Shown: piece after piece, positions 1 to 14,439 of the stretch
Layout of the letters: each line of letters begins with the position of its first letter
Numbering within the stretch: the first letter of the stretch is position 1
DNA from: Selaginella moellendorffii
Taxonomy: Eukaryota > Plantae > Lycopodiophyta
Assembly: GCF_000143415.4 (NCBI RefSeq)
Contig: NW_003314271.1
Span: forward strand, 620,001-684,000
DNA: 64,000 nt
Reading direction: 5' to 3'
Position numbers and translations under genes: made by a program
Notes under the pieces: generated by a model
What the model was told of the DNA's origin: nothing
Databases searched by the model: none
Seen by the model: the letters and a program-made list of their open reading frames with translations, nothing else

Positions 1-293
1 AAGCTTTCAACAAGCTAAAATGTTGTGGGAGTTTAGAAATGTCAATATGTGGGCGATCTCTCAAATGTTTTTTTCTTGTTGGATCTCATTTTTCTCATTT
101 AGATCTTCATTCTACAGGACCTCTCAGTTTTCCAATGGTTCGATTATTATTCTTCTCATTTAGATGTTCACTTGCATGCTCTAGTGTTCACTTTCTTCCT
201 CACATAATAAACACATAACAAGATTTTATTATGTGCATCAAATAATGAGCATGGCAAATCTATAAAAATCTTACAACTAGAAAAAGCGTCCTG

Positions 294-3200
294 TTAGTTT
301 TTCTCTGGACAAGCAGCACGCAAATCTTCCTGGACCACTTTGATACTCGGCCTCTCCGAGCGCTCCAAAATGCAACTTAGCGCCAGAGCCAAAACATCGT
401 CGATCCCCTGCGGTGGCTCTTGATCCCTGTCATAGCCAACCAGTGCCTGATCGTAGCACTCCGGACCCCTGCCTTCCGAGACGAGCAGCTTCACCCAGTC
501 CGTGAGGTCCACAGCTCCAGAGTTTCCAGAGATGATGTCTCCGGCACCTTTGCCCGTGACAATCTCCATCAGGATCACACCGAAGGCGTATATGTCCGCT
601 TTGAGAGTTGGCTTTGGCTTCCTGGCGTGTGCAAGCTCGGGAGCGCGGTATCCCAGCGCTCCCGCGTTGAGAATCTGGTTGGCTGTTCCAGCGGGTGTCA
701 TGAGCCGGTGAATGCTGTAGTCAGACAGCCGCGCTACGAGAGAAGATCCATCCAGTAGGACGTTGCTAGCTTTCAAGTTGCCGTGAGGGAGCTTGTGCTT
801 GGTGTGCAGATACGAAAGTCCGCGCGTAATATCGACTGCAATGCGCACTCGCTGTGACCATTCTAGTGGTGGAAATCTTCGACCACTTCTTTCTGCGTAG
901 AAGAAATGGATAGGTAAGGAAATGCGTAGAAAGGGAAAGGCGGAACTTTTACCAGTAAGTCGATCAGATAAACTTCCAAAGCTGAGGTAGTCCGATATGA
1001 CGAGCTTCTCGTGTTCTCTCGGCCCCCAGTAATAGCCTCGGAGAGGAAGTATGTTTGGATGTTGAATGGAACCAAACTTTCTAGCTTCACGAGTGAATGC
1101 TGCTTTGTTCTTGGCAAGTCCTTCTCGCAGCCACTTGACTGCCAGCATGTGTCCATTTTCGAGCGTTGCCTTGTACGAAGTACCATGGCTACTGCGACCG
1201 AGAACTTCAGCAGGCGCGCTCGACAGCTCTTCCGGCGTGAAGACAATCGAACTGTCAAGTAGAAAGAGATCTCCAGCCAGCTTATCGGGAGAACGGGCCT
1301 TCTGACTGGGAGCACGTTCGAGTGATGACGGACCTTCGTCGAGCAGCGTTGTTCGACTCTTGCTTCGCTTTCTTGTGAGCAAGCCTTCCTGTTTCTTCTT
1401 GGTGTCCCGTCCGTCACCTTGCTCCGGAGAGCCAGGGACGTTTCCTTGTTGAGGTAGAAGCTGCTCCCTCGATAAGCTCACTGAAGCACCAGCTTTAGCC
1501 GCAGATGGAGGCCCGAACTCCAACCGGTGAGGACTTTTTACCACGTCACGTTCATCCGAAGAATTTTTGTCAGCTGCTTGCAATCTGGAGTAGACGAACA
1601 GAGCGATCGCAATGATGATGACTGTTGCTGCTACACACCCCCCAATCAAGCCGGCCTTCACTGCGGATGATAATCCTTTGCCCCGCCTGGACCGCAAGGA
1701 CGGGATTCCAGCCCCGCTGCTTCCAGGTACTACAAGTCCGGCATTGCCCGGGAAAAAAGACGACAGTGGAAATCTTGATAGCAAGTTTGCTGGTATATGT
1801 CCCGACAAGTCGTTGTTTGTCAGGTTCAATGTCTGTAATGAAGATGGAAGCTGTGCTGGAATCCGGCCACGAAGATGGTTAGATGAAAGATCCAAATTCT
1901 CCAAGTACCTCAACCGTGAGAGCTGACTGGGAATGCCTCCAGTGAAGTCGTTTCCTCCCAGGTTAAGGACGACTAGTCCCGAAAGAGAAGCAATTTCTTG
2001 GGGGATGGAACCATTGAGACTGTTGAAAGATAAGTCAAGGACTTGTAACGGGGAGAACAAAACCGCTGGGGGAGTGGAAGAGATGGAGGTGGGCGACAAG
2101 AGCTCACCGGGGATGGCGGAAGAGGAAAGGAAGCTCACGACTGGAATCCCACCCACGAGATTATTGTTTGCGACTCTGAAAATGGTTAGAGACGGGGAAT
2201 GAAAAAAATCACCAGGGATTTCACCATCGAGATTGTTGGAGCTGAGGTCTAACGCGGTCAGTTTGCGGAGGGATGCGAGAGTACCGGGAATAGGACCAGA
2301 CAAGGCGTTGTGAGATACGTTGAGGTACATTAGTCGGAGGAGGTGTGCTGTTTCGTTGGAGAGAACGCCGTCAAAAGAGTTGCCGCTGAGGTCGAGAACC
2401 TGTAAGCTGTCCCTCCAGTCTTTGATCACGTCCAAGTTCCCGGAAAAATTATTGTTGCTGAAGTCTACTATGGCGCAGCTTCCCAGTCTTATCGGCAAAG
2501 TACCCGAGAGGTTATTCGACGCTAGCCTTAAGATCGATAGACTGGTGGCTGCCACCATTCCAATAGTACCTGCAAGAAAGAGAAGAGTGAGAAATATAAA
2601 CGACAGAAGAGAAGCAAACAACGTAAACACTTACCGGAAAGATTGTTGAAGCTGATGTCAAGCTCCTCCAGCACAGATTCCGTGGCGAGAAGCGCCGGAG
2701 GTACATATCCCACGAAGGAATTGTTCTGGAGTCTCAAGACACGTAGCGAGAAGACAAACGAAAACGACGGAAGCTTCCCCGACAACAAGTTGCTGCTCAC
2801 GTCCAGGATTTGCAGCTCGCTCGCAAACAAGCTCGCCGCGTTCTCGGGAGCCAGCTCGCCAGTAAACCTGTTGGAGCTGAGATTTACCGAGCTGATGCCT
2901 TGCGGGAAAACAAATGGAGCACCCTGCTGCCACGGGAGCAACCCCGAGAGCTCGTTGCAGCTCATGTCGATCACTTCCATGCGGCTGAGACCCATGAGCA
3001 CGGGATCCACCTCTCCGGAGAGCCTGTTCTGGCGAAGATCCAGCCGGTGCAAGCTTTCCAAGCTGCTCATCTCTCTCGGGATCACACCGCTAAACGCGTT
3101 CCACGAGAGGTTGAGCGAGACAAGCTGCCGCAACGAAGTGATCGATGGAGGGATGCCACCCGAGAGCGAATTGCCGCTTAAGTCGAGATCTCCGAGCCGG

Positions 3201-3706
3201 ACCATGCTCGCAAACATATCCGGGACCGGCCCCTCGAGCTTGTTTGACGAGAGAGAAAAGTTTACCACGCTGCGCAGGCCGGCAAAGGAGCTCGGGATGG
3301 ATCCCACGAACTGGTTGGCCGACAGATCCAAAAACTGGAGAGCATGGAGCTCGCCCAGATCCTCTGGAAGCTTTCCACCCAGAGAATTGTTGCCGAGAAG
3401 CAGCGACGTGAGCCTGGACAGCCTGCCGATCGTTCCAGGAGAGATTTCTCCCTGGAGCTGGAGATCGCCCAGTGCCAAACCAGTGACGCTGCCATTGGAG
3501 CACACTACCCCGTGCCACTGCGAGGGGCAGCCCGACGGATCCACCCTGTTGGCAACCCAGCTGCTCCTGATCAGCCCCCCTGGATCGCCAGTGACCCCAT
3601 CCCGAAATTTCAGCAGCGCCGAGGCATCGTCCGCCAAGGAATCCGCCCGCCAGGAGCTCGACAAGACGAGAATTCCCACGACGAGCGCCAGCATTATCCT
3701 TCCCAT
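294..3706 (-). CDS. LRR receptor-like kinase of the SIRK1/GHR1 (LRR-III-related) type, probably catalytically atypical; 3 exons
   Basis: Signal peptide MGRIMLALVV..., LRRNT (CPSQWHGVVC), many LxxLDLSxNxLSG repeats, and a TM helix (GLIGGCVAATVIIIAIALFVY). Kinase begins SPDKLAGDLFLLD...TPEELSSAPAEVLGRSSHGTSYKATL and has HGNLK instead of HRD and DYS instead of DFG. Short introns at about 2633-2568 and 951-893. Confidence 0.93.
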
Positions 3707-4494
3707 CGCCCCGAGCTGCTGCCTTCCAGCCAGATTTTCACCTCATCTTCTCCCAGCTCCAGAAATCATGAGCCCACAACACTGGAGAAAATGGGGCCCC
3801 TGGGCGCGTGCCGGGGCCCCATCCGCTTGAATCTAGTGCCTGCTCCTCATTGCCGATCGAAGAACACACCCCCAGCTCGGGAATTTCGGCGGATTCTAAG
3901 CCGAATCGCGACCTACATTGCATCCTAGATCCAAGCCAGCTCCACAATCCATACCGGGGAGGAAGAACAGCGGCACCTCCTCGCGCGCCACGGCTCCAGC
4001 CCTAACCCTGCGGCACCCAGAGCTTCGAAGCCGGGAATATTCGTTGCCACTGTTGGAATATGCTCTGAAAGCGACCAAAGGTTGGAGCGCATTTCTTTCT
4101 TAACAGCTAGATGGCAACTGAGGATGTTGATGTGCTTATTCTTTTTACGATGCTTTTCTTTCGAGTTCATTCAATGCATCGCATGATAGATGGAACGATA
4201 GAAATTTGTTTAGATTGGTCGTGCTAGTTTTCTTTGGAAGAATATGACGATCACGATGTTCTTCCTGTTCTTCACTTGGAGGCGTGATGGCACGGTGCAA
4301 ATTATATCACGCAGAAGTAGAGATCGATCTATATATAACTTTCGTTTAGATTTCTCTTTCCGTATGTGCTGTAACTGGAGTGGGTGATGAGTAATTGGTT
4401 CCTGTAACGTTTTGAGAGATCTCTCTCCAAAATGCTTTCGCTCGCCAGTAAGTTGCTAAAATGTGCTGAGAGTTTGGAAGAACCTTGCCTTAGA

Positions 4495-6815
4495 TCACCA
4501 GATTGGCTGCTGGTGCTGGGGCGGAGGCAGCCACGATTCCATCTCTTCCTTGTGTATCATCCTGTTGTAGGTTTGAGTCTCTGCGTTCCAGCTGCAAATC
4601 GGGCACTCGTCACTCGGGGCACCCTGGAGGATCTGGCACAAACATCCCAAAGTTACTCGAGAGTTTCGAGGGAAAAAGGCAAGAGATAATAAACGAACCC
4701 TGAGAACACACTGCTCGCAAAACGCATGGTTGCATTCCAGGCGAATGGGATCCACGACGAGACCTGTAAAGTGAAAAACAAAAAGTGAAACGTTGGGACC
4801 GGTAATAAAGCGGAGTAACTTTTTACACTTACGAAAGCAGATGCAGCAGTTGCCAGAAGCGTCGTACTGTCCATTCGCAATCAACGATGAATTCGGAGGC
4901 AATCCCAAACTGTTTCGAAGCTGAGATTCCAGGAAACGCTTCTTCATCACTTCTGGATCGCTGTCAAACAGAATCATCTGATCTGAGTAAACGTTCACAG
5001 TACATATAAATTCTTGTACCAGTCACGGGTATAATCGAGAGGAAAGTCCGGTGAGAGCGGTTTAGTCAGGTATCCCCCTCCTAAACACAGAAGAACAAAA
5101 ATATTACGAACTAACACCAGAAAGAAGCTGCCAATCAAACCTCGAGGGAACACTTTGAGCTCTCGCAGTGGTACCGCCAAGTCCGGATCATTAAAGAACT
5201 GCTTCGTAGTATTCTCGGGTGAAAGTAGATCGGAAACGGCTTGCGCCTCCAATTTGGCACGAGTTTTGGCTCGGACCTCGGCCATTAGCATCTCAAGCTT
5301 CTTCATAGCCTTTTTTTCTTCCTCGAGTCTCCGATCCGCATCACTGCCTATAATGCTCGGAGCTGGATCACAGAGTGCACGGTCACATATCAGTCCTTGA
5401 GCCAAAAGAAAACAAATACTTAACGTTTAGCTTCTTCCTTGGCTGGATGAAGCAGTTTCTCCATCTGCTTCCTGTGAAGTCAAGTTTCATTAGGTTCGAG
5501 CTGGAGAAGAGACAATTTCAACAGGAGAATTTACGTACTTGTTCATAGGCTTGGATTTCTCGCGGTATGGTTTGACGAGCACCCGCGCACCACAGACATG
5601 GTGAGGATTTCCTTCGGCCAGAATCATCCTCACCGTCTCAGCGTACGTGAACGTCACAAACCCAAACATTCGCTTGTGCTGGGTTGGAATTCTCACGTCT
5701 TCCACGGGACCGTAAGCTCTGCACGGTAAAGTTTCGTATCGCTCCTCTTGTAACGAAGGAATTAAAGACAACGTACCGGAAGTGTGTCGCGACGTCCTCC
5801 TCGGAGAAATTGCTATCGCATGGAAACGTGAGATAGATTTGTCTGGAGCAAGGGCTTGGATCGTTACATTCGTCCAGATCCACCTTGTGAGCGCTGTATT
5901 TTGGAACATCCTCCGCGAGCATGAGAGCGTGCTGCCGATGGGGCCTGGGAAAGGAAAGAAAGAAGCGATAGAGATTGACGCTCGCAAAGGAGGAAGAAGA
6001 AAATGCCCCAAGCAAACAAGAAATTGCGAAGAATCGAGAAGGACTGGATGAAAACTAAGCTACGATTAGAGAAAGAAGCATACCTCGAAGCAGAAATGGC
6101 GCTAACAAGAAATGCGAAGAATCGAGAAGGAATGGATGAAAACTGTGAAAACTAAGCTACGATCGAAGAAAGAAGCATACCTCTCGACGACGGTGACGCT
6201 CTGGAACTTGCTAAGAAGCTTTGTGAGGGTGTAGCTCGGCTTCGCGTGGCGCTGGCTCTCGGAGACATAGCCATCGGCTTCCAGCCAGCGCCCATACTTC
6301 TCGAAGTAAATCTGCGGCAGCGAGGAGACGGAGATGGGAACGCCTTTGCGCGAGCGCAAGAGCTCCTGGAGCTGGAATTCCAGGCGCTCCATCGACAAGA
6401 ACTGATCTTTCGGCGGGGAATCCGACTGGAGCAGCGCGGAATCGTGGATGAAGCGGCAGCTGCTCCCGTTCTTGCAAAATCCCTTGGCAAAATACATGCA
6501 TGGCTTGGGGGGATCCTCGTCGGGCGCCGGAACCGCGATCTTGGCTGGAGCTTTGCTTCTGGAACCATTGGCCTTGGTAGCCGATGATCCACCGAACTCG
6601 CCGATGCCACCGATCGTTGCCAGATGATTCTCGTTGCAGAAGAGCTCCTTCTTGGCCTTGGCGACGGTCGATTTGAGCTCCGGATCCGTGCTAAAGGCGA
6701 GGCTAAACATATCCGAGTTCTTGAGCAGCAGATACCCCATCACTCGATTCACATTCTCCCCATCGATCGCCTTGACCCTGGCGAACACGATCTGAGCCGC
6801 CTCGCACGAATCCAT
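4495..6815 (-). CDS. CCCH zinc finger + OST-HTH/LOTUS + RRM protein with a spliced C-terminal C3HC4 RING finger
   Basis: N-terminus [35 protein letters not shown] finger ([19 protein letters not shown]), LOTUS-like segment ([27 protein letters not shown]), and RRM (RQIYLTFP...RMFGFVTF). Phase-matched ~60-nt GT-AG introns connect it to the RING ([24 protein letters not shown]...ECPIC). Confidence 0.8.
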
Positions 6816-7240
6816 CGCTCGATCGCTGGAGGAGAGGAGCACGCGCCGCTGCTACTGCGATGGCGCCGTCGATCAATCCGGGAGCTCGAGCCTCGAAATA
6901 TTTCGATCGATCGATCGAAATAATCACCCCTCCTTCCTATCACTCCGCAAGAACAAGAACGATCGCTCTGACAAAGCTGCGCGTACAGACATAATGAAAC
7001 GAGGTCGTGCGTAGCGTGTTAACAAAACTACCGCTGCCTCTAGATTTGGCGGGACTTTCAAAAATACTAAAATAACCTAATATTCAAATAAATAATAGGA
7101 AAGAAGAATGCAAACAGCGTTCCTACAAAACTGCTAACTGGAAGATCCACAACAAAAAAGAAAACTCCGACAAAACGAGGACGTCCAAATAGTTGTACGG
7201 TGAAATAACTCGGTGGTACGGCATTAGAACTTCTCCCCCT

Positions 7241-8895
<1,655 letters not shown>

Positions 8896-9038
8896 CTAGG
8901 TTTCTTTTCGTACACGAAAATGTCCGTACATAAATATTCGTGTCCGTACTTAGAACCGTCTTGGTACGGGAATTATCGTACGTGCGTACGTACTCCATAC
9001 GAACACAAGAGTTTCTCATGAAAGTATGAGTTGTTCTC

Positions 9039-12000
9039 TCACGAAGTTTGCCTGGAGATGTGCGTTGGCCAGAACGTAGTCAGAGAGAACTTGATGGCGG
9101 CGTCGCGGTTGAAAGGATGGTAGCACGGGCCAAGCCGGACGCGATAGAACGGGCCATAGACCTCGCCATCCAGCACCACGTCGAAGGCTTTGCCGGGCTC
9201 CCCAGCCTCCACGACCAGCTTCCTCGTCCGGAGCGTACACATATCGCCCATGAGCTCCTCCAGCGCTCGCAGCCTCCTCCTCTTGGAGTCCGCGGCCTGG
9301 AGCACGCAAACGTTGAGCACCTCGTCGCTCGGGTTACAGTCGAGGCGCCTCTCCGCCGGCTTTGGAACGTTGATCGCCATGAGCGCTACCAGCGAGAGTG
9401 GGATGTTCCGCTCGCCTCTCTCGGACCCGTCCAAGCCGGCTGGCCGGTATCTAAGTCGGGCTTTGAGTGTGTAGCTCGAGACGAGGTCCTCGAGCCGGTC
9501 GGCGTCCTCCAAGTGGTCTTTGGCTGGGCTGCGGGGAACGCACTGGTGGTGGAGCACCTTCTTGTGGGACTCGGACGAGACTGCCACTGCTGGAACTCCA
9601 ATCTCAGCTCGCGTGCAAAATGGTATCGTGGTGAGGAACTTGTTGCCTTTGTCGTCCCTGTACCAGGCCTCGCAGTTGAAGACCGTGAGCTTTAGAACGC
9701 AGCCAGCTTCCAGGACGTAGTTTTCGATCTGTCGAGTGAGCATCGAGCTTGGAAGCGCTTCCGACCTGTGAACTAAGTTGCTGCTACTGCTGCTTTTCTC
9801 TGGAAGTTGAGCCAGAAATTTGTGCTCGCTTTCAGAGACATGAGGAACGACTGGAAGCTTGCTCTTGATGGCTCTGTAGATCATAGCATCGTACCACAAG
9901 TCGCGCTGAGCAATGTACGTTGCCAAGAGGTTGGATCTCCCGGCAGGCAGGATGCAAAAGAGAACGTCGAGCATCTGTGCCGAGCTTGTTGTTTGCTGTC
10001 CTCCTGCTAGAACACCTGCTACTACCAAGTTGACGTATCCAAGAAGCGTGGAGTGTATGGTTCCGTCGCCACCTCCGACTAGAATTCTCACGACCTCTGA
10101 GGTGCTTCTGACTGACTGCAAAGACTTTCCTTTGCTGCCGAAGGGACTTGTATCCAAAGCTTCTCTGATTGCTATTTCCACTGCTGATCGAGAATACTGC
10201 GCTGGCATTGGACCTGGTGCATCGGACGTCTCGTGTACTTCGAGAGGATTAGGCCTCCATTTTGGCTCAGTATGTAATATGAAAAACTCGAGAGGGAGAA
10301 GCCTGAGAAAAAAACAACAGCACAAAACAGGATTATTTGAGAGAGATTGAAAATGTTAAGTTTTACCTGGCGGCTGTAAAATCGCCAACTTCTTCTTTCC
10401 AGCTCATAGTCGCTGCGGAGATCTGTCCCGATTTACAGGCTTGAACGATTTCATTCCACGCATCCGCCATCGTCTGCCTTCTGTGCTTTACTGCGTTCTC
10501 TACTTCCATTTGGCTGGCTTCTTCTTGAACTTCTATAAGCCGGTCATGAAGCGTTGATATCGTAGAAACCGGCAGCTTGCACACGACCATCTCCTTGACG
10601 TGAACACCAGAAGTTTTCAGCATCTGGCACACTTGAAGAACTTTCAAGAAGTGCAGCCTAGCAGCGTCATCGTCCGAACTTAGAGTTTCTGCTCTCTTGC
10701 AGTCCACCAAGCTCTGCAGGGCGAAGCTTCTAGCGCTTTGAGGATTGAGAAGCAGATAAATACGGCCCCTTGACTCAGTATTCGAGCGGCTCCCTCCAGA
10801 CTGCGAGGAGAGTCGGATGTCATTTAACAAGCACCGTTTGTTCATGGCATGACCTGCAACACGCTTTTTGAATTTGACAAAAAAAACTATCCAGGAAACC
10901 AAAAACTTACCAGGAGCTTTCTTTTCCAGAAAAATGCTATTCAGCGTCTGTAAGGCATGGTATCCCACTGGATATGACCAGAACGTGAAACACTGGACGA
11001 CGTCTTCCAGCTTCTTCAGCGGCTCTTCAGGAACCAGCGTCTGTCAGCACTGCTATATAAAAACGATAAATCTCAAAAACGTAAAGCGCAAAAACTAGAT
11101 GCAAGCAGACCAACGATGAGGAAGAGTTGACGAACCAGAGACAGGACTTGGCGGAGCACAAACAGTAAGCACAAGACTTGAAGCTCGTGAGCAGGGGTCA
11201 CTATAGTGGTCTTGTCAATTGCAATTATTTCCAGGCACTTAAACAAGGCTTTATGCAACTTTTTAGCGCGGCCACGCAATGCATGATCTTGCAACCACAG
11301 GTAAATCCATCCGGAAGCTGTGATGTGCAAGGCTTTCAGAAAAAACTTGGCAGAAAAAAAAGAAAGAAAAAGAGCTTACCAATCAAGCTGTTGTCGGAAG
11401 CACACATGCTACTTGACATAAAAGCAGCACACAAAGCAAGTATTGTAGAAATACTTTTCGTGCGGCTCGTTTTCAGCAACTTCAATATGTGTGTAACCTG
11501 GACAAAGAGAAAAAAAAACATTGAGATAAAAAACCTCGACCTCTAAACTCACTGTGTGTCTCCAGCTTTCTGCCGCGCTCTCCAAATGCTCGGGAACATA
11601 ATCTATCGCTTCGACGATCCCCGGCTTTTCAAAATCAACATCCTGGAACAAAGCTAGCAGTAGAGCTGTGTTTAACAAAGCAGCCATTCCGTTGTCTTTG
11701 ATCTCTGAAAAAAAAAACGAAGTGACACACAGTCAGAAGAAAAAAAAAAGTGAAACAATGAGACAATCGAAGTCTCTTACTGACCGAAAGATGGTGGTCT
11801 TTGAGGCGGCGTTCTAAACGATCTTGTGAGCTGAGGAGAGCCAGGAGAGACTAACTTTCCCTCACTTGTGCGATACTGTAGGCCATACGTCCACGATCTT
11901 CGCGAAGTACGCCTCTTTCCAATGCGTTGGCCATCACCAGCCCTTTCATCCGGCTCCAGCTCGGCGACCCTTTTGAAGAGAGCTTCCAGATAGTCTGTGG

Positions 12001-12299
12001 CGGCATTGGGCTGGCTCAGTGCTTTCCAGAACGCAAAATACCTATGCTCCGTCACGAGAGGAAGAGGCGGCCTCTCAGATCTTCCCCAGTGAAACAAACC
12101 CTTGTGATGATCTGCACTGGCGAGAGAGGAAATTCGAGAAATCCACGAGCAAAAGAAAAGAACCTGAATCATCCGTGACGAGCTTGAGAATGGCGTCTAC
12201 TTCGCCGCCGCCGAGCGCGTGATGCGAGTGCTCGTGCCCCAGAATCTTTGCAAATGCCTGAAAGCTGTCATGAAAACTCCGCCATGGAATGGACGCCAT
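9039..12299 (-). CDS. Atypical diacylglycerol/sphingosine-kinase-like protein with a long uncharacterised N-terminus; multi-exon
   Basis: DAGK-type motifs in order: LLLNPQSAR (NPxSG-like), RILVGGGDGT, ILPAGRSNLLA (PxGxxNxLA), and VVLDGE near the C-terminus. The upstream exons from ATG 12299 join through phase-compatible short introns, but their exact structure is uncertain. Confidence 0.65.
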
Positions 12300-12465
12300 A
12301 GCCTACCTTCGCCATTTTGGCGCGAGCTCGAATTTGAAAATTTAGGGCAAGAGAAATAAGAACGTGGTCGTTTTATTTGAGCCACATGGCCCAGACAAAT
12401 GGGATCCAAGGACACAACCATTATTTACCGTACAGTGTGTGATCCTTGTTCTTAAGATCACTCGA

Positions 12466-14144
12466 CTATATCATATCGTGCTCGGACGAATGCGTTGAAG
12501 CGCTTGGGAAAAACTCGAGAGAGCCTCGCCGGCTGAGAATCAAAGCCAAGAGCAACGCGATGAGAATGATCCACAGAATCACAACAGTCCTCCAGCCTGA
12601 AAGAACAGAAAAAAAGAGATTATCCCATAATCGAAGAGCTAGAAGAACAAGAGCAGACCTTGTGGTGTTTGACAAGGTGTTACGCGAGCACTCGAGTCTC
12701 CAGAAACCGAGAGTAAAGCCCTGAGAAGAAGAAAACTTGATAGAAAGAAAGCAAAAACAAGAGGGATACCTGTTATCGGGAGAGAAATCCAATGCCGTGA
12801 CGAAGACCATATGTGCACGCTTGATCCGCTGTAGAACGCTCAGCTTGCTCGCGCTCAGGATAAACACCTCACCTTCGGAGCTTCCACTGCAAAAGAAAAC
12901 AGGAACAAAAACATTAGCAGTACTGAAGAAGCTTGAAACAACGTTACATTGCCAAGAGCTTCCCGTCGGGACTGATCGTCAGAGCTGATATGGGTTCATT
13001 CGCTAGTTTCCTCGATCCAACTTTTTTCCACTTCGTATTCCAGGTTGTTATGTAGCCTTTGAAATCTGCCCTGAACAGAAATTCGAGCTCTATCAACCAG
13101 AGAGCAACGAGGAAACAAGAAAAGCTTATGAAATAGAAAAGCCACCTTCAGCTGAAGTAACGTAAAGGCAAGGCCTCGCTCCGTCTCTGGAGAAGCAGCA
13201 GAATCCAGCTTTGTTTAGAGGAAGCGCAGCAGCAGGAGATGCCGTTTTCAAATCCCAGATGCGGGACGGACCAACGTCATCGGTAGCTGCTAAAAACGAG
13301 CCATCCAAGCTGAAACACATAACACAGAGAAAAAGAGCTAAGCAGCTACAAAGACAATCGACCAAAACCTTACCTGAAATCCAAGTCCTTGATCGATCGG
13401 TGCGCATCAGATCTATCGAGAACAACTTCCAGAGACGGCCACTTGAGAACTTTTAAGTGTCCATCCTGTACAAGTTCGACTTAGAATCCTTCAGTTCAAA
13501 GCTTAGCAGCTTCTTACCTGACCCCCCACCGCAAACAATTTCCCATCGGCACTAAACTTCACGGTTCGCTGCTCGCCTAGATCTTGCAATGGCTTCAGCT
13601 CCCGCTCGACATTTTCTAATCGCAAGTTCTTTCCACCAGTCAGCCTCAGAAGCCTCAACTTTCCATTATGCCTTCAAAGGAGAAAAACGTGAATTAAGCT
13701 CAGTAGCAAGGAAAAACTCCAGGAAACGCTAAAAACTCTCTAAGAACTAAACGAAGAAGAGCGAGCAAAGTACCTCTCGGTCGCTGGAAACGAGCAGATA
13801 AACTCCTTTCGATTGGGATGCATAGCCATGGCGCAGGCCGTATCATCGTCCGTGAAGAGCGTATCGAGCTACACAGACGAAGCAAAGAGCTAAGAGAAAA
13901 TGTCACAAATTTTGGATCGATCTGAGGAGCTACTAACCGGCTCACTGAGCTCTCTGGAATCGGCATCGTATCGAGCGAGAACCAGAGTGTTGCGCAAGCC
14001 AGAGGACGAATCTCCACCTCCGCCGCCGCAGATCGCATACGAGATCCCATGCGCGACGGATGCATCTGTGCTGTCGGCGCTCGCCCAGGCCGCGCAGAAG
14101 AGCGGCGTACCAAATTTCCTCGCCTTGTTGCTCGTGGAAGCCAT
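12466..14144 (-). CDS. SEC12-like (Sar1 GEF / PHF1 family) WD40 protein with a C-terminal TM anchor
   Basis: Motifs FGTPLFCAAW, GGGGGDSSSGLRNTL, FSLDGSFLAAT and AHMVFVTALDFSPD. C-terminal TM VVILWIILIALLLALIL. About 9 short exons. Confidence 0.88.
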
Positions 14145-14439
14145 CGCTACGAAGAACCCTAGCCCTAAAACCTTGTTAATTTTTTTCTTTGGTTTGCAGC
14201 GTGTCGTCGGCGCTCGATGGCGGCACTGTACTATCGATCTGGAGCGATATTTTGGTGAGTCTTCTTGGCTAGATCGATATTTCACATTGTTCTTGCGATC
14301 CAGAGATATTAATTGTGTTCGCGAGAATGCTGCTCAGCGCATTGGACACGGACACGAAAACGATTTTTTTCGCGAATTCCTGGTAGCTCTTTCCCTTTCC
14401 TCCACTGATCGTCGCAATGTGTCTCAGTTTTCCACTGGA

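Noticed and set aside
2643-3830. 395-aa plus-strand ORF
   Set aside because: Antisense shadow of the GC-rich LRR exon, with no recognisable domain.
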